From NCBI GenBank assembly GCA_963750995.1, contig CAVVST010000005.1, positions 508,457 to 572,456 of the forward strand: a stretch of DNA of 64,000 nucleotides. The letters are read 5' to 3'. The DNA is from an uncultured Acidobacteriota bacterium (GTDB taxonomy: Bacteria > Acidobacteriota > Vicinamibacteria > Vicinamibacterales > UBA2999). The number at the start of each line of letters is the position of its first letter. The stretch's first letter is position 1. Made by a program: the position numbers and the translations under genes. This document shows, piece after piece, positions 30,499-40,744 of the stretch. The notes under the pieces are model-generated. The model did not search any database. It saw only the letters and a program-made list of their open reading frames with translations, and had not been told where the DNA came from.

Positions 30499-30827
30499 AC
30501 GAGGCTGCCTGCGGGCTCTCAGGAAGACCGGTCATCGTCCATCGCGACCGGTCTTCGCCTCACTAATCGAACCGGGCCCGTCGGCGGGCGCCATTGTAAG
30601 CCTGATAGGAGGGCGCTTACGAGCAGATCAACTTGCCCCTCCGAACGCGTTGATCCCGCTGTAATTAAGATTCGCCCTTCGACTGAGGACCGATATGGTA
30701 AGGCGATTGAAACCCGTTTCCGACCCGGAATGAGCCGCCGACGGCGCAACCTGGACGACCGGCCGAAGAATAGCGTCGAACAGACGATTGAACAAAGGTC
30801 GTGCGTCCCGTGGGATGCGGGATGTAG

Positions 30828-31019
30828 CCGCCAGCATGCGGGCTTCGCGTTCGAACCGGGCCAGGCGATCTGGATCTGCCGCGAAGATCGGCGGCAATAC
30901 CTTAATCGCGACGTCGCGCCCCAGTCTGGTGTCGCGCGCCCGATACACGTCGCCCATACCGCCGATCCCGATTCGCTCGTGGATCTGAAAGGCGCCCCAC
31001 TTGACGCCTCGCCAAGTCG
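30828..31019 (-). pseudogene. Ser/Thr kinase fragment (subdomains I-III only), inverted next to the start of the downstream kinase
   Basis: Reverse strand reads [59 protein letters not shown], then loses similarity. Confidence 0.55.
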
Positions 31020-31053
31020 GTTAAGATGCGCTTCCACACTGCGGAATGACCAA

Positions 31054-34000
31054 ATGACCCCTGAGCACTGGGACCGAGTCAAGCAGCTGTACGACGTGGC
31101 GTCAAAGCTCGCACCCGTTGAACAGGCAGCGTTCCTGGCCGACGCCTGTGCGCAAAACGAAGAACTACGGCACGACGTGCAAATGCTGCTGGATCAGCCG
31201 GTGGGTACCGCAAGTTTCGTTGACTTTGTCGGAGGTCCGCCGCCACTTCCCAGCCCAGGCCGCGACGACAACCGGTCACTTATCGGTTCCACGATCGGGC
31301 CGTGACAACGTCCGGACGCTTCTTGGCAGGGGCGGCATGGGCGACGTGTATCGCGCACATGACACGTACCTCGGACGAGACGTCGCCATCAAGGTTCTGC
31401 CACGAGCGTTCACCGCCGACCCAGACCGTCTCGCCCGCTTTGAGCGCGAGGCGCGTGTTGTCGCAACCCTCAACCATCCGAATATTGCGAGTATCTACGG
31501 AGTCGAAGAGAGCAACGGTGTCCGAGGGCTGGTGCTCGAACTCGTAGAGGGTGAGACGCTGGCCGTGAGACTCGCACGCGCCCGCGGTTCCGCACGACCC
31601 GGGCTTCGACTTGAGGACGCGCTCGATTACGCACGGCAGATTGCCGACGCCCTTGAGGCGGCCCACGAGAAGGGCATTACCCACCGCGACCTCAAGCCTG
31701 CCAACGTCACGATTACCGCTGCCGGCATTGTGAAACTCCTCGACTTTGGCATCGCCAAGGTTATGAACGAGGACGCGCCGGCCATCGACCTGACGCAGCT
31801 CCATCCGATGCCGTCGGGTGTCACCAGCGTAGGCACGATCGTCGGCACAGTTCACTACATGAGTCCAGAGCAAGCCCGTGGCAAGGTGGTGGACCGGCGC
31901 ACGGATATCTGGGCCTACGGTTGCGTCCTCTACGAGATGCTGTCCGGCCGAATGGCGTTCGGCGGGGACACGCCGGCCGACACGATTGAAGCGATTGTCG
32001 ACGGCAGTCCGGACTGGTCGCTGCTACCGGTGGGCACCCCGCCACCTGTCCGCCGTCTCCTGCAGCGGTGCCTCGAGAAAGACCCGCGACAGCGGCTTCG
32101 AGATATCGGCGACGCGAGGGTCGAACTCGAGCAACTGGTTCGTGGCTCGACCGGCGACGCGGCTGCAACAAGACAGACCGACAGACCAAATAAACAGCCG
32201 ACGTGGTTCCTGGTTGGGGCAGTTATTGTGGTCGCTCTCGTATCAACGGTGCTGTTGTTGCTCGCTCGACGATCGGACGCCACAGCGGCAGCCGGCGACG
32301 CCAGAGTGTCGCGTTTCGAGGTCAACCTTCCCAATGGTCAGGTAATCGGACCTTCGTTCAACTCGAATCTCGCGCTCTCGCGGGATGGAGGGCAGCTCGC
32401 GTTCACGCCCTTACCGGGCCCGGTTTATGTTCGGCGACTGGATACTCTCGAAACGCGGCCTCTCGAAGTCACCAAGTCGCCCGGGTTCCGAGGTGCGCCG
32501 GTGTTCTCACCCGACGGCACGTCCATATCTTTCGTAGGGGGCAACGCCATTTTCTCGTGGACGAGACCGTTTCTGAAGGCGGCGCTCGCCGGTGGCGCGC
32601 CTGTCACGCTCGCCGACTACGACATGTTCCACCAGGGTGATTGGAGCGCCGATGGGTGGATCTATTGGACCGCCAGTTATCCGGGCGGAATCGTCCGGAT
32701 CAGGGATTCTGGTGGAACAATCGAGCCGGTCACCACGCTCGACGTCCAGAACGGCGAACGAAGTCATCGTTTTGCGCGGCTCCTGCCTGGCGAACAGGCG
32801 CTCATCTACACGGTTGCGTTCGACGGCATCAGCAGTTACGACGACGCGCGGATTGACGTGTGGGATCTGAACACCCGCGAGAAGAAGACGCTCATCGCAG
32901 GAGGAACGTCCCCTTTTTATTCCCGGTCCGGCCACATCGTCTATGCGCGCGCGGGCAAGCTCTTCGCCGTGCCGTTCGACATCGAGACGCGCACCATTAC
33001 TGGGGACCCGTTCGAAGTGCTCGATGGCGTCATGATGAGCCGAAACACCGGCGCGGCGCACTTCAGCCTGTCGGACCGCGGTGACCTGGCGTATGCCCCG
33101 GGTCCCGCCGCCGATGGTAACAGGACGCTGGTGTGGGTAGACCGATCTGGCAAGGTGGATCCTCTGCCACTGCCGCCCGCGTCGTACCTTTATCCGCGCA
33201 TCGCACCAGATGGGCAATCTATGGCCGTCGAAATCGAAGGTCCAAATCACGACCTCTACTTCTACGATTTCGGTCGCACCGTTCTCAGCAAGGTGACGAC
33301 CGACGGTATGAGTCACGATCCTGTCTGGACCCCCGACGGTCGACGAGTGGCGTTTCGTTCATGGCAGTACGGCGGCATGACCATGTGGTGGATGCCGGCG
33401 GATCGAAGTGGTCAGCCGGAGCGCCTGGACCCCACGGGCAGGCGCCAGAGCCCCGTCTCCTTTTCTCCTGATGGAAAGTTTCTCGCCTTCGACCAGAAGG
33501 ATCCGCAGACTCGCGATGACGTATGGGTTCTTCCTGTGACGGGTACCGCGGAAGCGCGGCCCGTCGCCACGTCACGCTTCGGCGAAGGCTCCGCCAAGTT
33601 TTCTCCCGATGGCCGCTGGATCGCGTATTCGTCGAACGAGTCGGGACGGGAAGAAGTGTACGTCCAGCCGTTTCCTGGCGTCGGGCCGAAGATCCAGGTT
33701 TCGAATGCAGGCGGAACTGATCCCGTATGGCGCCGCCTCGGCGGCGAACTGTACTACCGCCAGGAGTACAAGATGATGGCGGTGTCGGTCACCATGGCGC
33801 CCGATTTCCGTGCGTCGGCGCCGCGCCAGTTATGGGAGGGCACCTACTCGTCCGGCACTGGTTCGTCGTGCGGCATGCCTGGCGTCAGCTCCGCCAGTTA
33901 CGACGTCACGCCCGACGGCCAGCGGTTTCTGATGGTTCGAGAAGACCCGATCTATTCGACGCGGATCGTCGTGGTCGTCAATTGGATAGAAGAGTTGAAA

Positions 34001-34060
34001 ACGCGCGAACGGGACCAGGCGAAGATGAATAGACCCCCGGCCTCAGCCGCGCTCCGCTGA
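31054..34060 (+). CDS. Ser/Thr protein kinase with TM segment and PD40/TolB-like beta-propeller; one frameshift near 31300 separates the 84-aa N-terminal region from the kinase domain
   Basis: The ATG at 31054 opens MTPEHWDRVKQLYDVASKLAPVEQAAFLADACAQNEELRHDVQMLLDQPV..STIGP, which ends at a stop. The next frame (ORF 31118..34060) carries [42 protein letters not shown] and YMSPEQ. It also holds the TM segment WFLVGAVIVVALVSTVLLLL and blades ..FSPDGTSISF..IAPDGQSMAV..WTPDGRRVAF..FSPDGKFLAF..FSPDGRWIAYSS. Confidence 0.85.
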
Positions 34061-34636
34061 GAGGTCGGCCCTCAGCCAGGCCTTGGCAATCGTCCACTCG
34101 CGGACGACCGTCGCCGACGAAATGCCAATCACCTCGGCGGTCTCTTCAATCGTCAGACCCCCGAAATAGCGCAGCTCAACGATCTTCTCCTGCTGCGGGT
34201 CAAAGGCCGCAAGCCGTTCGAGGGCCCGATTCAGGGCCAGCACGTCGACGTCGCGCGGCGCCGCGGGTGTCAGCTCCTCATCGAGTGTCACCCGCTCCCA
34301 TCCGCCGCCTCGTTTGTCCGCCCGCCGGCTCCTCGCGTCATCCACGAGGATCCTGCGCATCATCGACGCAGCGACGCCATAGAAGTGGGCACGATTGCGC
34401 CACTTGACCTTGTCCTGGTCAATCAGCCTCAGATACGCCTCGTGGACGAGCGCGGTGGGCTGCAGCGGATGATCGGCGGGCTCACCCCTCATGTAGCCGG
34501 ACGCCAACCGCCTCAGGTCGTCGTAAACGAGAGGCGCCAGATGATCCAAGGCGTCGCGCTGCCCCTCGCTCCAGGCTATTAGCCACCGGGTGATTTCCGA
34601 AGCGCGCGCATGGGTATCCGGCACTCCGCGGAGCAT
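34043..34636 (-). CDS. ECF sigma factor, TIGR02999 / ECF43-like, paralogue of 25787..26383
   Basis: ..ITRWLIAWSEGQRDALDHLAPLVYDDLRRLASGYM..HPLQPTALVHEAYLRLI..WRNRAHFYGVAASMMRRILVDDARSRRADKRGGG..GISSATVVREWTIAKAWLR. The 3' end overlaps the kinase stop by 18 nt (convergent). Confidence 0.9.
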   Translation of the reverse strand: MLRGVPDTHARASEITRWLIAWSEGQRDALDHLAPLVYDDLRRLASGYMRGEPADHPLQPTALVHEAYLRLIDQDKVKWRNRAHFYGVAASMMRRILVDDARSRRADKRGGGWERVTLDEELTPAAPRDVDVLALNRALERLAAFDPQQEKIVELRYFGGLTIEETAEVIGISSATVVREWTIAKAWLRADLSAERG

Positions 34637-34844
34637 AGGTCACAATCCCAGATTCCTCAAAGAAGGCTGGCAGTTAACCGCGTGAGGTGATTTCCCTCTG
34701 TTTTACGCGTAATGGACAGGGGGATCCTGGTTGTGACCGCCCTTCTCCCCTTCTGGTCAGACGAAACGAGCAGGTCAGTCGGATTCCCCTCCTGAAAGGC
34801 AAGGTGTCGCATGGTGACAATCAGAGTAACGGATCGCAAGGCTG

Positions 34845-35707
34845 ATGCTTGGTGTGATCGTCTTGATCGCCGGGCCGGCCTCCGCCGCGGACATCCGCGG
34901 TAATCATCTCGAGCCCGTTGACGATCACAGACGATAGCCAGCTTGTTGGCAACGTTACCTGCACCGTGACTGGCGCGGCGTGCATCACGATCGGCGCACC
35001 GGGCATAGCGCTCAGGCTGAATGGATTCTCGATCACAGGACAGGGCGATGCCGTCACCGGCTGCGGTGGCAGCGCAGTCGGAGGTGAGCACGGACTTCTG
35101 GTTAATGGCATGCGGGGCGTCATCATTCAGGGACCCGGAGTCATCCAGAGATTCCGTGCTCACGGAATCATCATCACTGGCTCCAGTTCGCGAGTGCTTG
35201 TGACCCAAGTGACCGCAGCAACGAATTGCAATTCCGGGATTATCGTGACCGGCGCTTCTTCCGACAATGATGTTCACGAAAGCACTTTCGTCAACAACGG
35301 TAACAGCGCCGCCCCGTGCGGCGGTATATGACTGGCGGGCGGCGCTAGCCGCAACCGGCTCCGTGCGAACCGGTTAAGTGGGAATGGTTACGCAGGCCAG
35401 GGTGGCAACTTCGGCATCGGTCTTGTCAATCCTGGCACCAACGACAACGTCATAGTCGACAACATCGTCTTCGGCAACACAAACGGCATCGTGCTCGTTG
35501 CTGGAGTCGAAGGCAACGTCGTCTTCAGAAACCGCGTTCTCGGCAATCCCGCTTCAAGTGCCCGTAAACAATCCAGGGACGGCTGGCGTCGATATTCGAA
35601 TCCTTGCGGCTCCCGGAGCTAACGTAGTGGAGGGTAACGTTTGCCTCACGACGGCTAATGCCGTGTGTTCGATCACAATCACAATTGATCCGCGCTTACA
35701 GCGCTAA
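34845..35707 (+). pseudogene. secreted right-handed parallel beta-helix (NosD/pectate-lyase-like) repeat protein, at least 3 frameshifts
   Basis: MLGVIVLIAGPASAADI / ..LTITDDSQLVGNVTCTVTGAACITIGAPGIALRLNGFSITGQG..GIIITGSSSRVLV..GIIVTGASSDNDVHESTFVNNG / ..NRLSGNGYAGQGGNFGIGLVNPGTNDNVIVDNIVFGNTNGIVLVAGVEGNVVFRNRVLGN / ..NVVEGNVCLTTANAVC. Confidence 0.6.
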
Positions 35708-35731
35708 GGGTCCATCGGGATAAGGAGGCCT

Positions 35732-36331
35732 ATGCGAAACGTCCCCTCGTTAGCGTTATTGCTGCTTGCGCTGAGCGAGCCGGCATTAGCGCAATCTGGT
35801 GTCTTCGTCTCGGGCGACATATTTGCTGATCACAAGCGGTTCTCGGGTAACTCGACCGATTCAACGCTCAACGTGACGGGTACTGGCGGCGGCGGAGGTG
35901 TAGGCTATCAAGTCTCGGATCGGTGGGATGTGCGTGGCGAAGTTGAGGTTGGCGGAACGACCACCATTCGGGAGGAGCTAGTCCCAAACGTTACAGCATT
36001 CCAGTCACGAACTCGGAATCAAATCACTGCGTTTACCGCGTTGGCCGGATTTTCGCCGGCAACTGGTTCCCGCGTACGGTTTACAGTTCTCGGTGGAATC
36101 AGCTTTCTCCACGTCGCGACGGAGTTCGACTCTGTTCCACCAGGCCTGGTGGTCGTTGCGCACACCGACATCGACAATGTCGTATCCCCGATAGTGGGGG
36201 TGGAAATGCCGCTCATTCTCGGTGCGCATTTCAGCGTTGTGCCTGCGTTACGAGTGAATGCATTTGCATTGCGGACAAATGGCATCAACGGCTTTGCGCT
36301 TCGGCCCGGTATCGCAGTACGGATCCGATGA
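35732..36331 (+). CDS. small outer-membrane beta-barrel protein
   Basis: RBS GGATAAGGAGG, signal peptide MRNVPSLALLLLALSEPALAQ, alternating hydrophobic pattern, C-terminal ..RPGIAVRIR. Confidence 0.7.
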   Translation: MRNVPSLALLLLALSEPALAQSGVFVSGDIFADHKRFSGNSTDSTLNVTGTGGGGGVGYQVSDRWDVRGEVEVGGTTTIREELVPNVTAFQSRTRNQITAFTALAGFSPATGSRVRFTVLGGISFLHVATEFDSVPPGLVVVAHTDIDNVVSPIVGVEMPLILGAHFSVVPALRVNAFALRTNGINGFALRPGIAVRIR

Positions 36332-36468
36332 TCGAAGCGGAGCTGAGAATTCAGCAACCCAAAGGACAGGGATCCCAAGCCAGAAGCAATGTCCAGCAAG
36401 GCTCGCGAATCAAAGGCGAGATAAAGTTTGCTGCAGTGAAGTCGATTTCCCTCCAAAGACCTAATCGA

Positions 36469-37116
36469 CTATCGGACGTACACTTCAGCAGACCACTGCC
36501 AGTTTTGACGGCGCGACACCAATCGCAGGCCTGCGCCCTCGATCACCTGTGTCATGCGCTCGACGGGGTGAACAAACGCCCGGAACGGATTTGCCCGAAT
36601 CCTGCGGATCGCATTCTCGAACGCAATGGCCGCACGCACGTACCAGACATCACGCGGATAGGAATAGGCGAAATAGCGCTCCGCATGTCGCAGCGATTCC
36701 TCGAGGAGTGGCTGGTCCACGGATAGCAGCACACGACGCGGTCGAGTGTCACCACCGTGGCCGTCGGAATGTTGTGCGCGTGGTCGAGGAAATCGCCAGG
36801 CACCAGCCGAACGACGCCGCTCCCGTCCGCGGCGGATGGCCTCTTCGGTGGCGGCCGCCAGATTCGCGGGGGAGGCATCAACCGCTATCGCCCGCTCAAC
36901 GCCGTGTTCGAGCAGTTCGAACGTCAAGGCGCCCACGCCTGAACCCACATCGAGCGCCGTGCCCCGGACCGCGCCACTCTCGAGAAGCAGGTCACGAAGG
37001 AGACGCGTCGTGGAACCCGGACCCTTCTTGCGATAGCTCGTCAACTCGCGTCGCGCGATTTTCTCGTTGAAATGGGCGCTCGCGACCGCGCCGTAGGTCG
37101 AACAGCATGTGCTCAC
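36469..37116 (-). pseudogene. class I SAM methyltransferase with N-terminal CC motif, two frameshifts; paralogue of 42865..43504
   Basis: (GTG)STCCSTYGAVASAHFNEKIARRELTSYRKKGPGSTTRLLRDLL..ALDVGSGVGALTFELLEHGV..AVDASPANLAAATEEA / GVVRLVPGDFLDHAHNIPTATVVTLDRVVCCYP / LLEESLRHAERYFAYSYPRDVWYVRAAIAFENAI.. Confidence 0.6.
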
Positions 37117-37130
37117 AGCCGTCCAACCAT

Positions 37131-37922
37131 TCAGGCGCGAATCGGCTTCCGACCGTGGACATTGACGCCCACGACACCGTATTTCGTGGCGACAGCTTCC
37201 TTCGACGTACCTCGAAAGCAGTCGAATCGCTCTTTCAGCACGACCCCCTGGAATCCAATGTCCGCAAGGAGCGAGATGAGCTCTGCCTCCGGCAGAGCGC
37301 CGGCGATTCAACCGGTCCAGAGGTCGATGTTCCGGCGAATGGACTCCGACAGCTCGTTCGCCACAACGATGTCGCCATATAGGAACTGACCGCCTGGCTT
37401 CAGGATGCGGAAGACTTCGCCGAACGCCTCTCGTTTATTCGGAGTGAGGTTCAGCACACCGTTCGAGATCACAAAATCGACGGTGTCCGACTCGACGGGC
37501 AACGCGAGCGCATCTCCAAGCCGGACTTCGACGTTGTTGAGGCCCGTCGCACGGGCTCCGACGCGGGCGCGTTCGGCCATCGCCTCGGTCATATCCACGC
37601 CAATAGCCCGGCCACCGGGCCCTACTGCCTGAGCGGCAAGCAATAAATCCATACCGGCACCGCATCCGATGTCGACGACCGTCGCTCCGGGCGACATCGG
37701 CGCGAGGCCGTGTGGATTGGCAACGCCGGCAAACGACGCCGTGGTATCCGCAGGAAGGGCAGAGAGGGCATGTGCGTCGTAGCCGAGCATCCCGCCGGCA
37801 TACGCCGCCCCACGGTGAAAGTGGAACGCTCCGGACGGCTCCGTCGCGACGCGTGCGTAAATCGATTGAATCTCGGCGCGCAGTCTCAGGGTATCGAGAT
37901 CGACGGGACAGGCGATGGCCAT
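37131..37922 (-). CDS. ArsM/UbiE-like SAM methyltransferase interrupted only by an in-frame TGA (37308-37310) at the conserved Cys codon; nonsense mutation or Sec recoding
   Basis: ..VVDIGCGAGMDLLLAAQAVGPGGRAIGVDMT..NVEVRLGDALALPV..DFVISNGVLNLTPNK..FRILKPGGQFLYGDIVV..NIDLWTG-TGA-IAGALPEAELISLLADIGFQGVVL.., then 58 more in-frame codons to the TGA at 37131-37133. No frameshift anywhere in 792 nt. Confidence 0.7.
37280..37298 (-). promoter_or_regulatory. hairpin 9 nt downstream of the in-frame UGA (SECIS-like geometry, unproven)
   Basis: The mRNA reads UGA AUCGCCGGC GCUCUGCC GGA GGCAGAGC: a perfect 8-bp stem with a G-rich apical loop starting 17 nt after the UGA. Confidence 0.25.
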
Positions 37923-37933
37923 AACGGTTCACC

Positions 37934-39209
37934 TCATATTGCGAACGCGACTATGTCGCGCGCAGGCAACGAGTCCATTCGCAGAGCCACGACGACACCT
38001 GACGCAAAGGTAATCGCGGCGACCAGCCACACGCACGCTGAAAGGCCCGCGAGATCTGCGGTGATCCCGGCGAGCAATGCCCCGACGACATACCCAAAGT
38101 CGCGCCAGAGACGATAGACACCAACCGCCGATGCTCGCCACGATGGCAGTGCGACGTCACCGATGGCCGCCAGAAGCGTGGGATACACCATTGCGGTACC
38201 GATGCCGAGCAACACACCACCTGTCGCGAAGCCATTGAAGTTCGCCGCGACGCTCACGACGACGATACCGAGAGCCTGCACCCACATCCCGCTTGCGATT
38301 AACCATTTCCGTCCGACGACGATCGGAGAGCGACCGGTAGCTATCTGCGCAATGCCCCAGGTGGCGGGATAAATCGCCGCCAACGTCCCAATCTGGTCGA
38401 GGCCCAGGTTGGCGGCCGCGAACACGATCGGGAAGAGACCCCACGCCATGCCATCGTTTAAATTGTTCACGAGGCCGGCTTGGGTGATCGTCGAGAGGTT
38501 GCGATCCGTGAGCGTCGTTCGCCAAAACACCTCGCGCCGAAGGGAGGATGCTCAGAGGACCGTGGAGACTGTCGATTCCAACGCGACGTGCGACTGACGT
38601 ATCGCGAACGAGAAGCGCCGAGAGGCCCAGACCGACGGCGACGAATGCGACGCCCGGATAAAAGGGTTCCGGACGCAGCCCGTGCGGGCCGCGATCCAGC
38701 CTGTGGCCAGCGCCGCGCCCGCCAGCGGCCACATATCCCGCGAATTCGTTCAGGCCCATTGCCAGCCCGCGCTGCTGCGGACCCGACGAGATCGATCTTC
38801 ATGATGACGGTCGTCGACCACGTCAAGCCCTGGCTGATGCCCAGCAGGGCGTTCGCCACGAGAATCCAGTTCCAGCTCGGGCGCCCACATCAGCAGGAAG
38901 GGCACCGGGAACCGCGACGAGCCATCCGGCGATCGAGCACGTGCTTCCGTCCGATACGGTCCGCGAGCCGGCCTGCGGCATAGTTCGTGAGCGCCTTTGT
39001 CAGGCCGAATACGACGATGAACGAGAGCACCGCCGTACGGGCGGCGAGATGAAATTCCTGCTCGGCGATCGGCGGAAGGATGCTGCGCTCCATGCCGACC
39101 ATCGCGCCGACGAACGCATTGATGATGACGAGCAGCGTGAACTGCGCGAGGTTCTCCCGGAGTCCCAAACGGACGGTGGACGATCGTTGGACGTCACGTC
39201 CACCCTCAC
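37934..39209 (-). pseudogene. MFS transporter, at least 3 frameshifts
   Basis: RLGLRENLAQFTLLVIINAFVGAMVGMERSILPPIAEQEF..AAGRLADRIGRKHVL / WILVANALLGISQGLTWSTTVIMKIDLVG / MGLNEFAGYVA..GLRPEPFYPGVAFVAVGLGLSALLVRDT / C-terminal half ORF 37934..38530. The GTG start overlaps the upstream stop (GTGA). Confidence 0.7.
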
Positions 39210-39955
39210 GCGCGCGTCCTGACCTCCTCGTGTCCTCGGTTGAACGCGAGGACGCGCTCCATCTCGGCCGGTTTTGGCGGTACATCAGCGAGCGCTTCGA
39301 TGAACGCCTCTCGATCACGCGAGAGCATCGTGATTCCAACGCTTCTCGAACCCGAGGGTGCTCGTGGGTTTTCCACTCAGGCCCGCGCCACACACCGACC
39401 CCGAGAAGTGTCCGGGATAGATCTCGAGATCGTCCGGCAGCGTCAGCAGCTTGTCGTGAAGGCTCGCATAGAGCTGCGCGGCATTCTCACGCGCTCGTCC
39501 AGGCAGATCGGGCCGGCCAACGGCGCCGACGAACAACGTGTCGCCCGTCAGGACGAACCATGGCTCGGTGCCTCGCTTCAGATCGGTCACCACGAGACAG
39601 ACGCTCTCCGGCGAATGCCCTGGCGTATGAAGCACCTTCACCCGCGTGTTGCCGAGCTCGATCTCGTCACCGTCGCGAAGCGCGGTGAACGGGTAGCGTC
39701 ACGTCTGCGGATTCGTGGACGCAGTACTGTGCGCCTGTCCGGCGGGCCAACTCACGGCCTCCGGAACGGTGATCCGCGTGCACATGCGTGTCGATGACAT
39801 GCGTCAGGCGCAGATTCTTTGCTGGCCGCAAACGCGATGTACGCGTCGATGTCGTCGGCACGCGCGTCGACGACGGTGCCTTTGCCCAGCGTGCCGCAGC
39901 CAAAGAGATAGGCGGCGCACCCGAGATCAAAGTAGTAATAGGGTCGAAAGATCAT
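39206..39955 (-). pseudogene. MBL-fold hydrolase of the persulfide-dioxygenase (ETHE1/Blh-like) type, at least 3 frameshifts
   Basis: MIFRPYYYFDLGCAAYLFGCG..VVDARADDIDAYIAFA / LRLTHVIDTHVHADHRSGGRELA / VKVLHTPGHSPESVCLVVTD..FVLTGDTLFVGAVGRPDLPG..IYPGHFSGSVCGAG / RDREAFIEALADVPPKPAEMERVLAFNRG. Confidence 0.7.
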
Positions 39956-40646
39956 CGGACGTCTCCATTAGAGCTCGCTGTTTCGACGGCAACCCGGCCG
40001 CCCGCCACTCCGGAAATCCTTCGCGTAGTCGGCGCGCTCGTCGTCCGTCGGGATCTCAGGATCTCGACGGCGCGATCCGCGTACACGCAGTAGGGTCCGC
40101 GGCAGTACGCCGACGTATCCTTCCCCTTGGGCAAGCTACGCAGTTGTTGTTGCAGCGCATCGACTGGAAAGGAGAGCGCGCCAGCAATGTGACCGGCGGC
40201 GTATTCGTTTGCGGGCCGGGTATCGAGCACGACGACATTCTTCGACCGCGCTCGTTTCAAGAGGTCGCCCATCTCCACGGGCTCGGCGTCGCGAGCGGTC
40301 GCCGAAATGCTCGCGAACGAGACGTTCCAAGTCGGCGAGCTGACGTTCGGCAACCGTTCGGATCGCCCTGGACAGATCGAAGACGCTCGGGATCCGACAG
40401 GCGGTAGAACACGAACAGGCCTTGCTTGCGGCTGTCGACCAGGGTCGCCTGCCGTAGCGCCTGGAGATGTTGGGACGTATTGGCCAGCGAGAGCCCAATC
40501 TCGGTCGCAAGCGAATCAACCGTTCGCTCCCCCTGAGCCAACAGCTCGAGGAGTTCCAGGCGGTGCGGGCTGGACAACGCCTTGCCGATGCGAGCGAATT
40601 CACCGTACAGGCGGCTCTTGAACTCTCGGTGCGTAACGTCGACCAT
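39952..40646 (-). pseudogene. ArsR/SmtB-family regulator fused to a rhodanese domain (BigR-like), at least 3 frameshifts
   Basis: ..FARIGKALSSPHRLELLELLAQGERTVDSLATEIGLSLANTSQHLQALRQATLVDSRKQGLFVFYRLSDP / SVFDLSRAIRTVAERQLADLERLV / VVLDTRPANEYAAGHIAGALSFP..AYCRGPYCVYADRAVEILR / RARRLREGFPEWRAAGLP. The stop overlaps the MBL start (ATGA). Confidence 0.7.
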
Positions 40647-40744
40647 AACTAAGTAATAAATATATTACTTGACTATTGCGTGTCAAGACGTCATGACCGA
40701 TGCGCCAGAGTACCTGAGTCGAAACGCCGTGGGTCAATCGAGCG

